A DNA stretch of 37,844 bases from the IMG/VR virus record IMGVR_UViG_3300049009_000076, positions 1-37,844 of that record; one strand, given 5' to 3'. The translations under genes were made by a program, and so were the position numbers. This document shows, in pieces, positions 16,163 through 26,625 of this stretch (the first letter of the stretch is position 1; every line of letters begins with the position of its first letter). The notes beneath the pieces were generated by a model. It ran no database searches and was not told the origin of the DNA. It saw nothing but the letters and a program-made list of their open reading frames with translations. The DNA is from a virus. Its lineage: Duplodnaviria > Caudoviricetes.

Positions 16163-16876
16163 TTACAGAACAACCCAGCGAGCGCCGGAGGGGACAGTGA
16201 CAGTGATGCCGCTATTGACGGTGATCGGGCCAACAGACATTGCGTTAAAGCCAGTGCTAAGAGTATAGTTTGTTGTGACAGTCTGGCCGTTCTCCACGAA
16301 CACTTGGTCAGCGCCGCCGCCAGTTGCGCCGCCGCCCAGAGCACCCCAAGCTGTTGCGCCGTAGCCTTCAAACTTGCCGGTCGTGGTGTTGTAGCGCACC
16401 ATGCCGGTGACGGCGGTGGGGCGTTGGCCGGTGGTGCCCACGCTCAGTTTGGCTGCACCCGTGTTGTTTAAGGTCAGTTGGCCAGCCACTGTCAGTGTGG
16501 TAGCAAAGGTTACCGCACCAGTGGCCGACAGCGTGGTGAACGCGCCGGTGTTAGGCGTGACGTCGCCAATGGGAGGCGGGGAAGAAAAAGAATTGATGTC
16601 CAACGGGATGGCGATGTTGTCTACGGTGTAGAGCAGCACATCGTTGGCGTCCTTGACTATGAATTTGTAGCTGGTGGTGTTGACCAACCAGATATTGGCT
16701 TGGCCAAGCGAGTCCAAGATGATCGGGTTGGTGTTGGCCGTAGCAGCGGTGTAGTCGGTGTACGTAGCGATAGGTGTTGAAGTACCGCCCGCGTAGGTGT
16801 AAATTTTGCCGCCGACAAGAGGCAAGCCATCCGATCCGAAGATTTGCTGTTTGGGTGAGGGGGTTAAGCCAGCCAT
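16163..16876 (-). CDS. tailspike/fibre with virion-attachment N-terminus
   Basis: G.PL.GGKIYTY.GGT.TP..TY...NTNPIILD; G.VRYNTT..KFEGY; C-terminal GPITV...WVVL module. Confidence 0.75.
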   Translation of the reverse strand: MAGLTPSPKQQIFGSDGLPLVGGKIYTYAGGTSTPIATYTDYTAATANTNPIILDSLGQANIWLVNTTSYKFIVKDANDVLLYTVDNIAIPLDINSFSSPPPIGDVTPNTGAFTTLSATGAVTFATTLTVAGQLTLNNTGAAKLSVGTTGQRPTAVTGMVRYNTTTGKFEGYGATAWGALGGGATGGGADQVFVENGQTVTTNYTLSTGFNAMSVGPITVNSGITVTVPSGARWVVL

Positions 16877-16880
16877 GTGT

Positions 16881-19034
16881 TTACCTCAAGTTGTTTTGGT
16901 TTTCAGGTGCAAGCATGTTACTAACCCCCGAACGGATTTGCACCGCTGCTTTTTCAGCGGCGACGCCTTTTGATCCTTGTTTTAACACAGATGGATTGGA
17001 CAGTATTTGCAATACTCTACTGCGTTCTGCACCAGGCAAAGTTTCTAGCAAGTCGGCAGCACCTTTAGGTGTTTTAAGAGCTTGCGTCAGCACTGCCATA
17101 CTCTTGTTGCCAATTTTCTTTTCTAACTCACTGATGGCTTGGTTACCCGCCGTAGTCCAAAAATTAAGCCAAGAAGGAAATCTGAAATTAGAAGTCTGTT
17201 GGGATACCAACTGTGTCAACGCTTTTTGACCCTCGGTGACTTGTTCTTTAACCGACATTTGGGTCAAGTGTTTTTGCGCTTGATTTCGCATTACTGTCAA
17301 AGTACTGTCGGTCAGTTCTGCCGCTATGTTGTACTTGCCTGACCCCAAAATCTTTTCAACAGCCTCTGGCGATTCATTTTGAACCAAACGCACAAACGCG
17401 TCTTTATCAGTTTTCCAAAGTCTTAACGCTTCGCCGGTCAATTCTTTTTCGGCAATCCGTTGCATTCCTTGGGCATGGGTTGCAAGGTAGTTTTTCCAAC
17501 CAACACCGCCCGCAGCTTCAATTGCGTCGTCAATTGCAGGCTTGATCTTGGCCAACACACCGGCAGCAAGGTTGCGTTGGGTGGTTGCATCAGCACCTGG
17601 GCGCAGTTGTTGAATTGCAGCGTTGACTGAGTTTTTACGAATAGCTTCCAACGCTTTAATGTCAATCACACCGTTGCTGGCCGTCCATGCGGCAATATCA
17701 TCAGCAACATTTTTTGCCGCGCCAGCCAGCAAATCGTTGCCCGCAAATTCAGGCTTGTTGGTTGTAGCCTTGATACTTTGGATAAGCGGCGCGGTTTCTA
17801 AAGGTTTGATACCTACCGCGCGTAACGCATCCGCAGCAGCTTGGGCAAACCGAGCGCCTTGGCCAAGGTCAAGAGAAGCGTCAGCCGCTTTAGCCGCCCA
17901 TTCATCAGACATTTGCGCCAATTTTCCCGGATAAGTTTGTGTTTGAGCCCATGCGTCTGAATATCCAGCTTGAGATTTTGCGGGCGCTTGAGCCGACCCC
18001 GCAGGAAATCCCGCTTTAATTGTTTGCAACCTAGCAGCCGCTGCCGCATGATCACCTAGCTCTATCAAATCCCGCACCTTTTGTACTTCAGCCGCAGCTT
18101 GAGTGCTTAACTTGCCTGCTTGAGCCTCATACGCGGCCACTTCTTGACCTAAGTTAGCCCGCGCAATTGCAGACTCGCGTTGTGGGCCGGTCATGGCATT
18201 AAGATTACTTTTGGCCGTTTCAAGCGTTGCGCGAACATCTGTAGCGGTAGTGCCGCCCACCAGTTTGGCAAGTTCATTAACTGATTGCGCTTCATCACTA
18301 AGCCGCAGCTTGCGTAAAAACTGAGGGTCTTTATCCAATGCGTCTTTGATCAAAGCCTGCCATGTCGGATTTTGAATACCCGCAGTTAGTTCGGCTACGC
18401 TGGCGTTTGGCGGCGCATTTCGCAAAGCGTTGATAACTTGAGGCATATCGTCGCCCAACGCAACTTGAGCCATTTTGGCGGCTTTTTGTTGTGGCAACTG
18501 ACGCATGTCTATAGCTTTACCAATTACTTTGCCAATGAAAGGCGCGGCAACTTGGCCACCTGCTTCAAATGTTGAACCTGTAAGCACGTTTTTAAGCGGC
18601 TCGGTAACATTTTCAAAACCTTGCCTTGGCTTTCTAGCCCCAAAAGCTACGTCGGTTTGATACATTAATTCGTTGCCAATGGCGTACCCTAAGCCCGCGC
18701 CGCCAACAACTCCAGGCGGCCCTAAAGGAATACCTAACGTAGCGCCGCCAACTGCGCCTAACGCTTCAACTGTAGGCGCAACGTAGGGGCGAATTCTTTG
18801 GTACATTGTAGGCTCAGGTGGCGGGTTGCTGCCCATCGCAGTGCCAATACTTTCGCTAATTTGTTCGCCAAGGTTTTGCACGCCAAATTTTTCATGGATA
18901 GCTTGTTTGGTCGCTTCGTTTGCGTTGACGTAATTTAAATCGTCAGGCGCAAATTTTAAAAAAATAGCCGCCTTTGTCGCAGGATTTGCGTTGATGTAGT
19001 TGGGGTCGTTAAGGATTGTGGCTAAATCGGCCAT
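16881..19034 (-). CDS. internal virion / DNA ejection protein (P22 gp16 position)
   Basis: 717 aa, Ala-rich helical with Gly-rich hydrophobic stretch; gene order. Confidence 0.7.
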   Translation of the reverse strand: MADLATILNDPNYINANPATKAAIFLKFAPDDLNYVNANEATKQAIHEKFGVQNLGEQISESIGTAMGSNPPPEPTMYQRIRPYVAPTVEALGAVGGATLGIPLGPPGVVGGAGLGYAIGNELMYQTDVAFGARKPRQGFENVTEPLKNVLTGSTFEAGGQVAAPFIGKVIGKAIDMRQLPQQKAAKMAQVALGDDMPQVINALRNAPPNASVAELTAGIQNPTWQALIKDALDKDPQFLRKLRLSDEAQSVNELAKLVGGTTATDVRATLETAKSNLNAMTGPQRESAIARANLGQEVAAYEAQAGKLSTQAAAEVQKVRDLIELGDHAAAAARLQTIKAGFPAGSAQAPAKSQAGYSDAWAQTQTYPGKLAQMSDEWAAKAADASLDLGQGARFAQAAADALRAVGIKPLETAPLIQSIKATTNKPEFAGNDLLAGAAKNVADDIAAWTASNGVIDIKALEAIRKNSVNAAIQQLRPGADATTQRNLAAGVLAKIKPAIDDAIEAAGGVGWKNYLATHAQGMQRIAEKELTGEALRLWKTDKDAFVRLVQNESPEAVEKILGSGKYNIAAELTDSTLTVMRNQAQKHLTQMSVKEQVTEGQKALTQLVSQQTSNFRFPSWLNFWTTAGNQAISELEKKIGNKSMAVLTQALKTPKGAADLLETLPGAERSRVLQILSNPSVLKQGSKGVAAEKAAVQIRSGVSNMLAPENQNNLR

Positions 19035-20969
19035 TTATTTTCCCTTCAACAAGGGGTTAGACGTATCAACCGCGCCTTTAGCCGCTGGCGTATTATTCCT
19101 ATACGAATATGTATCTTCAAACGTTTGCTTAACAGTGTCGCGAGTAGCTATTGCTTGCGATTGTAATCGGGTTAACGATGCTTTTAAATCATCAAATGAC
19201 TGTGATGTTTCAAGAGATGCTTTTAGATTTTCAAACCTATCGCCTTCTTTGTTAGTCACGTTGCCTACGGCAGCGCCAGTAGCTGATGCGGCGCGCAACT
19301 CAGTTAAGCCTTGAACAAAAGCTAAATTTTTCAGTTGTTTTAAATCGGCAGCAGCTTTCCGCGCCGCGTCAGTTAGCGCCGGTGTATTGCCATACACTAA
19401 ACCTGTTATGCCGTTTAAGCCTTTTTCGTTTTCCAGCAATCGTTTAACCGTAGCGTCAATTTCATTCATTGTTGCGGAAACAGTCGTGACCGATTGTTTT
19501 GCTACAGGATATTTAGCTTCACGCGCTTGAATTTCTTTTGGTGCCAAGCCTTCCATTGCATTTGCAGGGGTCATACCCTTAGATATGGCTTCTTCGCGGC
19601 TGACGTATATAGTTTTTCCGTCTTTGCCGACAACTGCAACCGGCGCTGAAGGCGTTGCAGAACTTACAGGTGCTTTTGGCACCAAGTCAGCATAGTTTCC
19701 AGACACGTTGAACTTAGCTACGGACTTAGGCGTGTAATCCGCAGGGTTGACATTTCCAATTGCTTTGTCTGCTTTGCTAGGTTTCAAAACCAAATCTGCA
19801 TAGTTGTTTGACGTAGAAAACTTAGCTACAGATTCTAAAGTGTAACTATCAGGGTTTATGTTAGCTATAAGTTTAGTTTCTTTTGTGTCCCTTGGCACCA
19901 AATCTGCATAGTTGCTTGACATCATAAATTTTTGCACAGAAGCTGGCGTGTAACTATCAGGGTTGATATTGGAAACTGATTTATCAACTTTTGCTGGCTT
20001 TAAAACCAAGTCCCCATAATTTTTGCTTGTTGCAAATTTAGCCAAAGATTCTGGCGTGTAATCCGCAGGGTTTACGTTAGCAATTACGGTATCAGCTTTT
20101 GCGGGCTTTAAAACCAAATCTGCATAATTACCTGATGTGGCAAATTTTTGCACAGAGTCAGGTGTGTAATCCGCAGGGTTGACGTTACCCAAATTTGTAT
20201 TCTTAATGTCAACTTTTTGAACCAAGTCAGCGTAATTCCCTGTTAGATTAAATTTTGCAATTGATTCTTGCGTGTAATCTTTTGGCGTGATAGCCGCAAA
20301 AGTAGAACGGCGTGGATCAAGCGCGCTTTCAAATTGCTTAACCAACAACTCACGTTGTTTTGCCCAACCAGGTGCGGAACCATATTTTCTGTCCCCGCTT
20401 TGTATTTCGGCTTTGATACTGTCCGCAGTCTTACCTTGCGGCGCAGCCATAGCATTAACCTGCGGCGCTGGCGATGCGGTAGAAGCAAGAGCGTTGGTTT
20501 GCGTTCCTCGGCTTACCGGCGTGGTAAACGCGGTTTCAGGTGCTATTGATGAAAGAAATGTAGTTGTAGGCCCCGCCGCAGCTTCAGGCGATTGGTCTTG
20601 CATAAACTGAGCTTGTTGCTGATACGCCAAAACTGTTTGATTTGCGTCAAACAAACTTTTGCCCGCTTCTCGGACTTTTGGGTTTGGATGATTTAACATT
20701 TGCATGGCCGCGTTCATAGGGTCGTCAGTTGGCGCGCCGTTCTTTTTAGCTTCGGCCATAATTTGGGTTATAAATTCTTGCGCTTCTTGCACTTCTCGCA
20801 TGGACATCCGAGCTTGGCCTAGCTGCGCTTGGGCCAACTCGTTTTGCGTACCGGCGGCTTGTCTCTGAGATTGCGCGGCCAAAATGTTTTGTGTTTGGCC
20901 ATACTGCGTCAGTGGGTCATTCAACTGAAGTTGTTGAACACCAAGGGAAATTCTAGGATCAATAGCCAT
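19035..20969 (-). CDS. internal virion / DNA ejection protein (P22 gp20 position) with 36-aa repeats
   Basis: 644 aa, Gln/Ala-rich N-terminus; gene order. Confidence 0.7.
   Translation of the reverse strand: MAIDPRISLGVQQLQLNDPLTQYGQTQNILAAQSQRQAAGTQNELAQAQLGQARMSMREVQEAQEFITQIMAEAKKNGAPTDDPMNAAMQMLNHPNPKVREAGKSLFDANQTVLAYQQQAQFMQDQSPEAAAGPTTTFLSSIAPETAFTTPVSRGTQTNALASTASPAPQVNAMAAPQGKTADSIKAEIQSGDRKYGSAPGWAKQRELLVKQFESALDPRRSTFAAITPKDYTQESIAKFNLTGNYADLVQKVDIKNTNLGNVNPADYTPDSVQKFATSGNYADLVLKPAKADTVIANVNPADYTPESLAKFATSKNYGDLVLKPAKVDKSVSNINPDSYTPASVQKFMMSSNYADLVPRDTKETKLIANINPDSYTLESVAKFSTSNNYADLVLKPSKADKAIGNVNPADYTPKSVAKFNVSGNYADLVPKAPVSSATPSAPVAVVGKDGKTIYVSREEAISKGMTPANAMEGLAPKEIQAREAKYPVAKQSVTTVSATMNEIDATVKRLLENEKGLNGITGLVYGNTPALTDAARKAAADLKQLKNLAFVQGLTELRAASATGAAVGNVTNKEGDRFENLKASLETSQSFDDLKASLTRLQSQAIATRDTVKQTFEDTYSYRNNTPAAKGAVDTSNPLLKGK
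19670..20300 (-). repeat. six tandem ~108-bp coding repeats
   Basis: N(V/I)NP.DYTP.S(V/L).KF....NYADLV.K six times; DNA GTAATCCGCAGGGTT recurs at multiples of 108 bp. Confidence 0.92.
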
Positions 20970-20972
20970 AAT

Positions 20973-21674
20973 TTACCCTGTCATAGAAGAATAGTCACCC
21001 GGCACCGGCTTACCGTACCCAGTAGGTGAAGATAAGTTTCGCATTGCTAATTGATTTGCTATGTTTTGACTGTTTGTGTAGTTTAAATACGTATTCAAAC
21101 CGCCGGTCAAAGCGTTTGCGCTGCCGACATAGCCAGACGCCCGTGCAGCAGCACTGCTGCCCATAGCGTCGCCAACATTTGAAGCCATCTGCTGACCTTG
21201 CTGACCTATTTGTTGGGCAGTGGTTTGGCCCATACCTGTCATAGCTTGCAAAGGTTGCAAACGAGCGGTACGCTCGGCCTGATAGCGGTTGAATGCGTTG
21301 GTGTACTCTTGCGAGCCCATTTCTTGGCCAAACCGCGTAAGCGCCTTGCCAGTGCCGCCAGACAGCAAACCACCACGGGCCGCAGCGGATCGCTCCAAGG
21401 CTTTTGTACCTTCGCTCAATCGAAATGCATAACCTGGATCAGCCTTAAACTGATCCATACCAAACGGTTTGTATTTTGATGCCTCAACCAGTTCCGGCAA
21501 TGCGTTGACACCGACGTCGTAGAAAGGTTTTTGTCTTACAACGTCTTCTTGGTATTGTCGGTATTGCAATTCCGAAGAACGATCCATTGCGCCAGCTTGT
21601 ACGTCTGCGCCTCTTTCTGCCGCCTTTGAACCCATGAAGGACGAGGCGACAATTGCTGTTGCTATTGCTGACAT
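20973..21674 (-). CDS. DNA ejection protein, P22 gp7-like
   Basis: DPGYAFR...SAAARGGLLSG..GKAL.RFGQ..SQEY. Confidence 0.8.
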   Translation of the reverse strand: MSAIATAIVASSFMGSKAAERGADVQAGAMDRSSELQYRQYQEDVVRQKPFYDVGVNALPELVEASKYKPFGMDQFKADPGYAFRLSEGTKALERSAAARGGLLSGGTGKALTRFGQEMGSQEYTNAFNRYQAERTARLQPLQAMTGMGQTTAQQIGQQGQQMASNVGDAMGSSAAARASGYVGSANALTGGLNTYLNYTNSQNIANQLAMRNLSSPTGYGKPVPGDYSSMTG

Positions 21675-22537
21675 GCTGACTCCTTAAATTCAATACCTGA
21701 CAGCGCCAAGGCTTGCCGGTAGTCAATTGTTATCTCAGTACCCATAGCGCCGCCTTTACATCCTTCAATGTCAACTAGCGCAACAAGATCGATGTTGCCG
21801 TTAGGCAGCATAACCATTTTTGCGTTTGGTGTCTTTGAATGATTGGTAAATCGACCACCTTGTGTTCGGTACCCGTCTATTCTGGCCGCGCAAATAATGT
21901 CGCCTGATTTTACTGGTGAAGTCAAAAATAGACCTTTACCTTCTATGGGCGACTCAGCTACGCGAGTAATTTGGCTATCAACCCATCTTTGATCGTATTC
22001 GTTTTCAGACTGCTGTCTGGCCAACTCATGAGGTATACCGCATTCGTCAAGCAAGTTAAAGTAATCTTCACGGTCGTCTACACAGGTTAGCTTTTCAACC
22101 GCCAGTTTAGATTGTTGGTCTTGCATCCAATCTTCGCTCTTTTCAATAAAAACAGCTTCCACCGAGTCTGGGTCTGTCAACTCAGTAGCGTAAATGTTTT
22201 GCCATACCATGTCTTCCAAAACGTATCCTATCTTGCGGCCAGCTTTGCCGGTAAAGATCATTGGCGCGGTCAATACTTGGGTGCTGCCGTCGTCTGTAAC
22301 GATCATTACTTTGCCGCGCAACATAATGTTCAGGTGGTCAAATTTTTGTTTATGGCCAATAGCCAAAGTGTCCGCAGGCATGAAAACCTCACGGATACAC
22401 ACCCCAGGGCCAAAGTGATGCACGACAGAGCATTCGACTTGCGGCAACTGCAAAAGCGTTTGCTCAGGCTTTTCTAAGCTCAAAAGCTTACGCAAAACCA
22501 GTTGGCCGACGTCTTCTTGCTTGGTTAAATTGCTCAT
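21662..22537 (-). CDS. cupin-like domain fused to SET domain (putative lysine methyltransferase)
   Basis: N: HHFGPGVCIRE..MPA....GH....H..I...G; C: SPIEGKGLF, RFTNHS..PN, EITIDY. Confidence 0.85.
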   Translation of the reverse strand: MSNLTKQEDVGQLVLRKLLSLEKPEQTLLQLPQVECSVVHHFGPGVCIREVFMPADTLAIGHKQKFDHLNIMLRGKVMIVTDDGSTQVLTAPMIFTGKAGRKIGYVLEDMVWQNIYATELTDPDSVEAVFIEKSEDWMQDQQSKLAVEKLTCVDDREDYFNLLDECGIPHELARQQSENEYDQRWVDSQITRVAESPIEGKGLFLTSPVKSGDIICAARIDGYRTQGGRFTNHSKTPNAKMVMLPNGNIDLVALVDIEGCKGGAMGTEITIDYRQALALSGIEFKESACQQ

Positions 22538-23406
22538 AGTTGAGCCTTTATGTTGCTGAGTAAGCCTTGCACTGCAACATCGTATCCGCTTTGAATTCCT
22601 TGTGCTTGGCCTAAAGTTTCACAAGTTTTAATCATTTCAGCCAACATCATTTCACCACGCAAAGGTTTTTGACGTTGTGATTTAAAGTGTTTATCTTGTT
22701 TGCGCCAAATGCCTTTAAGCGCAGCCAAGTCATTTCCTGCTGCGGCCTGATGGGCAAAATACGTTAAGTTTTCATCGTTTAACGCGGGTTGCACAACAGG
22801 AAGATGGGAGCCATAAAATAAGTGATCGTAGCAATCAAGTTGCGCGTCAGAGAATGAATCGCATTTGGTGGCTAACGCTTGGTACAAACCCGCGCCGGTG
22901 TCCCAGAAATACATTTTGCCGTTGGCTGGCGCGGAAAACTGACGCAAAGGATCAAAGCCATTAGCGTGTGTATTTGCTAATGCTTGACGCAGCTTGGTCA
23001 CATCTGGCACCCATAGATAACTAGGGTGCAGCCGAGACAAAGAAGTCACGCCGTAATTGTAGAGGTCAGGAATGAGTCTGCCTGCCATTAAGCCGTCAAA
23101 TTTCCAATGCTCTACGTTGTTCCAAAACACTACGTCAGGATCAAGTAAAACTACCGAAGTCATGGCGGTCTGCTCAAACAATACCCAGCGGTAGAAATCT
23201 AAAAAATGCTGACGCGGCGCGGGCGTAAACAAGCATCCGGCGTCGAGGGCTGCTTTTTCTATTTGAGGCAATACGTCTGGGTGGCTTCCGTTATCAACAA
23301 CAAGTACTTTTGCGGTGGGAAATCCCACGCGCAATGTTTTAAACACCATCAAAGCGCCGTAGGCCAAAGCGGGGTGTTCGCAGTAAGTCTGAATGACAAC
23401 GGTCAC
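22534..23406 (-). CDS. GT-A fold (GT2-like) glycosyltransferase
   Basis: VLVVDNGS and VVLLDPDVVF (DxD). Confidence 0.75.
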   Translation of the reverse strand: MTVVIQTYCEHPALAYGALMVFKTLRVGFPTAKVLVVDNGSHPDVLPQIEKAALDAGCLFTPAPRQHFLDFYRWVLFEQTAMTSVVLLDPDVVFWNNVEHWKFDGLMAGRLIPDLYNYGVTSLSRLHPSYLWVPDVTKLRQALANTHANGFDPLRQFSAPANGKMYFWDTGAGLYQALATKCDSFSDAQLDCYDHLFYGSHLPVVQPALNDENLTYFAHQAAAGNDLAALKGIWRKQDKHFKSQRQKPLRGEMMLAEMIKTCETLGQAQGIQSGYDVAVQGLLSNIKAQL

Positions 23407-23738
23407 GAGATTTCCCTTCCGCTGACGCGCATGTTGATGGCGCTGGCTGTGCCTGCGATTGTGGAGATAAATCCACCAGATGGCAAGATGTGGCCAACAA
23501 GCTCAGGAAAAATGTACGTTTCAGATGCGGCCAAGGATTTGGCCTTGACAATCAAGTTATCGTTGCTGGCAGTGCCCGTGGCGGTGATCAAGTTGACGCT
23601 GATGGTGGCCGCAGAACCGCTGTAGTTGGTGGCTGTGAACTTGTCAATGATCGTGGTCACGCCATTGGCCGTGTATTGCGTTGTTTGAGTTGCCTCAACG
23701 GTTTTGGCTGGCACTAGATTTTTGGCAGTTACAGTCAT
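23403..23738 (-). CDS. small virion structural protein
   Basis: 111 aa Thr-rich beta protein within tail module. Confidence 0.65.
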   Translation of the reverse strand: MTVTAKNLVPAKTVEATQTTQYTANGVTTIIDKFTATNYSGSAATISVNLITATGTASNDNLIVKAKSLAASETYIFPELVGHILPSGGFISTIAGTASAINMRVSGREIS

Positions 23739-23749
23739 TGAAGCACCTT

Positions 23750-24472
23750 TTACAAAACAACCCAGCGGGAGCCGGACGAAACCGTCACTGTCTGACCGCT
23801 AGCAATGGTGATCGGCCCAGCCGACATGCCTGAATTTCCAGTGGCTATAGTGTAACTCGTTGAAACGGTTTTGCTGTTGACGTAAATTCCGTTGCCCGCG
23901 TTAAATTGTTGGGCCAAGAATTCGCCCGTAGATGGCTTGTACAGCAACTTGGCGTTGCTGGTGTAAATTGTGGTTGGGGTGCCTGTTATGGCGTCGGCAA
24001 ACAACGGGAAGACGTTGGTGGCCGTGGCGGTGTCGTTACTAAGTGCCGCGCCTGATATTACCGTGGCCCATGAACCGTCACCCCGCCAGTAGGTTGTGGC
24101 TGACGCGCCGGTGCCGCTGTTCAGATTGGTGACTGGTAGATTGCCCGTGACTTGAGTGGCCAAGTCTACGTTACTCAGTGTGCCGCCCAACGTGATCGTG
24201 CCAGAAGTCGTAATGGTGCCGCCGGTCAAGGTAATTCCGTTGACTGTTCCCGCAGTAGCTACCGAAGTGACCGTACCTGTACTACCGCTAGATGGCACAA
24301 ACGGCGGCGCAAGTTGCAGGTCATCCAAAGATGTCTGGTTGTTGCCGCCGCCGGTCAACGTAAACAAGTTCAGAAAGAACCGGTACCATTCGCGCGACAT
24401 CAACCCCGTGCGGGGGTCGATAAACTCAACCCGCGACGAAGGTAGGTTCGTTATATTAAGTTGTTCAGGCAT
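23750..24472 (-). CDS. tail needle/fibre-like protein (P22 gp26 position)
   Basis: [14 protein letters not shown]-terminus, GTVTSV linker, C-terminal GPITI...WVVL module; follows hub gene. Confidence 0.65.
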   Translation of the reverse strand: MPEQLNITNLPSSRVEFIDPRTGLMSREWYRFFLNLFTLTGGGNNQTSLDDLQLAPPFVPSSGSTGTVTSVATAGTVNGITLTGGTITTSGTITLGGTLSNVDLATQVTGNLPVTNLNSGTGASATTYWRGDGSWATVISGAALSNDTATATNVFPLFADAITGTPTTIYTSNAKLLYKPSTGEFLAQQFNAGNGIYVNSKTVSTSYTIATGNSGMSAGPITIASGQTVTVSSGSRWVVL

Positions 24473-25907
24473 TGGTCGGGCTCAGAATCAATTCAGCGCC
24501 CATAATGGCGACCTTTACAGGATCGGTGCCAGACACTTCATAAACCCTGTCCCGTAGCTTGAGCGTCATGCCAAGCCGCCGCCAGAAGACGCGCTGATAG
24601 TACGCCCCGATCTTGCCCATCGGTGACCAATGCTCATTGCTCCAAGTATGGCCGCCATCATCAGACCAGCGCAGCATGACCTGGGGATCGTCGCCTTGAC
24701 CGGTGGCCAACCCAGTACCTGATTCGCAATTTAACTGCAAACTGTGGTGCGCGGTACGTTTGAGGTTGTTTTGACCGCTAGGCAGCGCCCGCCATGAGCG
24801 CAGCCATTTTTGAGGCTCGTCATAGTCATCGTAGACATCCAACGTCATCTGGTAAATGTTGCCATTCTCAAAGTCGCCCACAATGGTGTTGCCACCAAAG
24901 TTGCACTGACAATTGGATCGGTGACGGGTAAATTCTCCGTTGTCCCAACCAGCACGTTCGTGCCATGCTTGGGTAGCCACGTCAAACACCCATGTGGCGT
25001 TGCCGGTAGGGAACGTCAGCACATAGAAAGCATGGCCTTCTTGCTGGTAGGTGTAGGCCACCGCGTCTGAAATGTCGCTGTACTGAGCAATTGCATATTC
25101 AATGGCGTGGGTAGATATGCGTTGGCCGGTGTAGCCGTTGGCTCGGTAGACAATACCTTGGCCACGGGCATCGGTGCCCAGCCAAAACAAACCGTTGTCG
25201 AGCTTGGCTACAGAAAACGCAGCCACGCAGCCAATTTCGTTGAAAGCACCTTGAATGCGGGTGAGCGGGAAGTCAGCCAAGCCAGCGTCGTACCAGACTT
25301 CAACAGAATCGGTACCAAACAACCAGGCTTCACGGTGGTCTACGATGAGCGCCACCAAACCGTCGGGTGAGCCTTCAGAGCTAGCAAAATCCAACGGATC
25401 GACTGACAGGCCGTCCAACAGCGAGGTCACCCACACCTTTTGGCTGTCTGGCTCATTGAACACAAAATAACCGTCTAGATAGCCTACAGTCACCGCGCCA
25501 GGGAAATCTGGATCAGTGATCTGGGCAAACACATTGGTGACTTCGTTGTAGATATAGCTGTCAGGATTGCAAGCAAAGAATATCTGGGTGCCGTTGTCGG
25601 CAATGGACACGGGGCCAGTGCCGGTCACGGTGCCAAGCAAAGTAGGCACGGCGGTCATGCCCGTAACTTTATAGACTTCCAAACCTGACACCACATAAAA
25701 GTCAGACCCGTTGGTCTGGTGTGCCCAAAGAGCGCGGATTGGGCCTGTGCCAATTGTTTGCAAAAACTCCAACCCAGGGCAGCGCGTTAGAAAAGCCGCC
25801 GTCTGACCGTTGTCTGGCGTGGCCTCGGGGTACAGGTTCACCATGCGATTGTTGGCAGCGTTGATGCTGCGAGCAACATAGCTTGCACCAAGAATCGGCG
25901 TTTGCAT
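24465..25907 (-). CDS. tail hub / DNA stabilisation protein, P22 gp10-like
   Basis: [41 protein letters not shown]. Confidence 0.88.
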   Translation of the reverse strand: MQTPILGASYVARSINAANNRMVNLYPEATPDNGQTAAFLTRCPGLEFLQTIGTGPIRALWAHQTNGSDFYVVSGLEVYKVTGMTAVPTLLGTVTGTGPVSIADNGTQIFFACNPDSYIYNEVTNVFAQITDPDFPGAVTVGYLDGYFVFNEPDSQKVWVTSLLDGLSVDPLDFASSEGSPDGLVALIVDHREAWLFGTDSVEVWYDAGLADFPLTRIQGAFNEIGCVAAFSVAKLDNGLFWLGTDARGQGIVYRANGYTGQRISTHAIEYAIAQYSDISDAVAYTYQQEGHAFYVLTFPTGNATWVFDVATQAWHERAGWDNGEFTRHRSNCQCNFGGNTIVGDFENGNIYQMTLDVYDDYDEPQKWLRSWRALPSGQNNLKRTAHHSLQLNCESGTGLATGQGDDPQVMLRWSDDGGHTWSNEHWSPMGKIGAYYQRVFWRRLGMTLKLRDRVYEVSGTDPVKVAIMGAELILSPTNA

Positions 25908-26623
25908 CAGTAATTACCGGCAAAAATGTTGAACCGCTGACGTGAGGACACAATGGCGTAAGGCATGGACATGATGTCGTCAGGATTGTTGATGCGCTTG
26001 AGATTGCGCTTGGACGTCATTGCAATCCGTTGCACTTGTGGGCTGGGCTCAACGCCAAACTCAGGTGCAATTTCCATCGCCAAGTTGTAGACAAACGCCC
26101 GCAAATAGCCTGGTGGAAACAGAATGTTGGTTACCAAAGTGGCAGGCTGACTCAATTCTTCAACCGAAATAAAGTGCCATTCCAAATCCCGTGTAGGCTG
26201 CGGGTAAACGGTCATCGTAACGTCAGGGTAGGTCATGTTGACAAAAATGACTTGCGGGTACGTTGATGTAACGGTTTTCACAGCAATACCGTTGTATTGC
26301 TGTTGATTGATAAATTTGATGCCGTAAGACACGTTGGTGCCCGCATCGCGGTAGTAGGTAGCGTCATCCAACAATATTGGCCGGTTACCTACAAAATTAC
26401 CTGTGGGGCCAAGAGTGCGCGTAATTTGACCCGCAGGCCAAGTAAACATCTGATCTTGGGTGCTAAAAACAGCCAAACGCTCAGTGTTCCATGAATCAAT
26501 CATTTGATTCAACGCCATCAGCGAATCTTGAGACACGGACGCAGAAGTTGTCTCACCTTCAGCCAACACACCAAGCAATCGCAATGCTCTATTGATTTGA
26601 TCGCCAGCAGTGTAGATGGCCAT
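25907..26623 (-). CDS. head-tail adaptor, P22 gp4-like
   Basis: I.RALRLLGV..GE.....D.L..LN.M..W; PPGY....YNLA.E.APEFG. Confidence 0.82.
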   Translation of the reverse strand: MAIYTAGDQINRALRLLGVLAEGETTSASVSQDSLMALNQMIDSWNTERLAVFSTQDQMFTWPAGQITRTLGPTGNFVGNRPILLDDATYYRDAGTNVSYGIKFINQQQYNGIAVKTVTSTYPQVIFVNMTYPDVTMTVYPQPTRDLEWHFISVEELSQPATLVTNILFPPGYLRAFVYNLAMEIAPEFGVEPSPQVQRIAMTSKRNLKRINNPDDIMSMPYAIVSSRQRFNIFAGNY

Positions 26624-26625
26624 GT

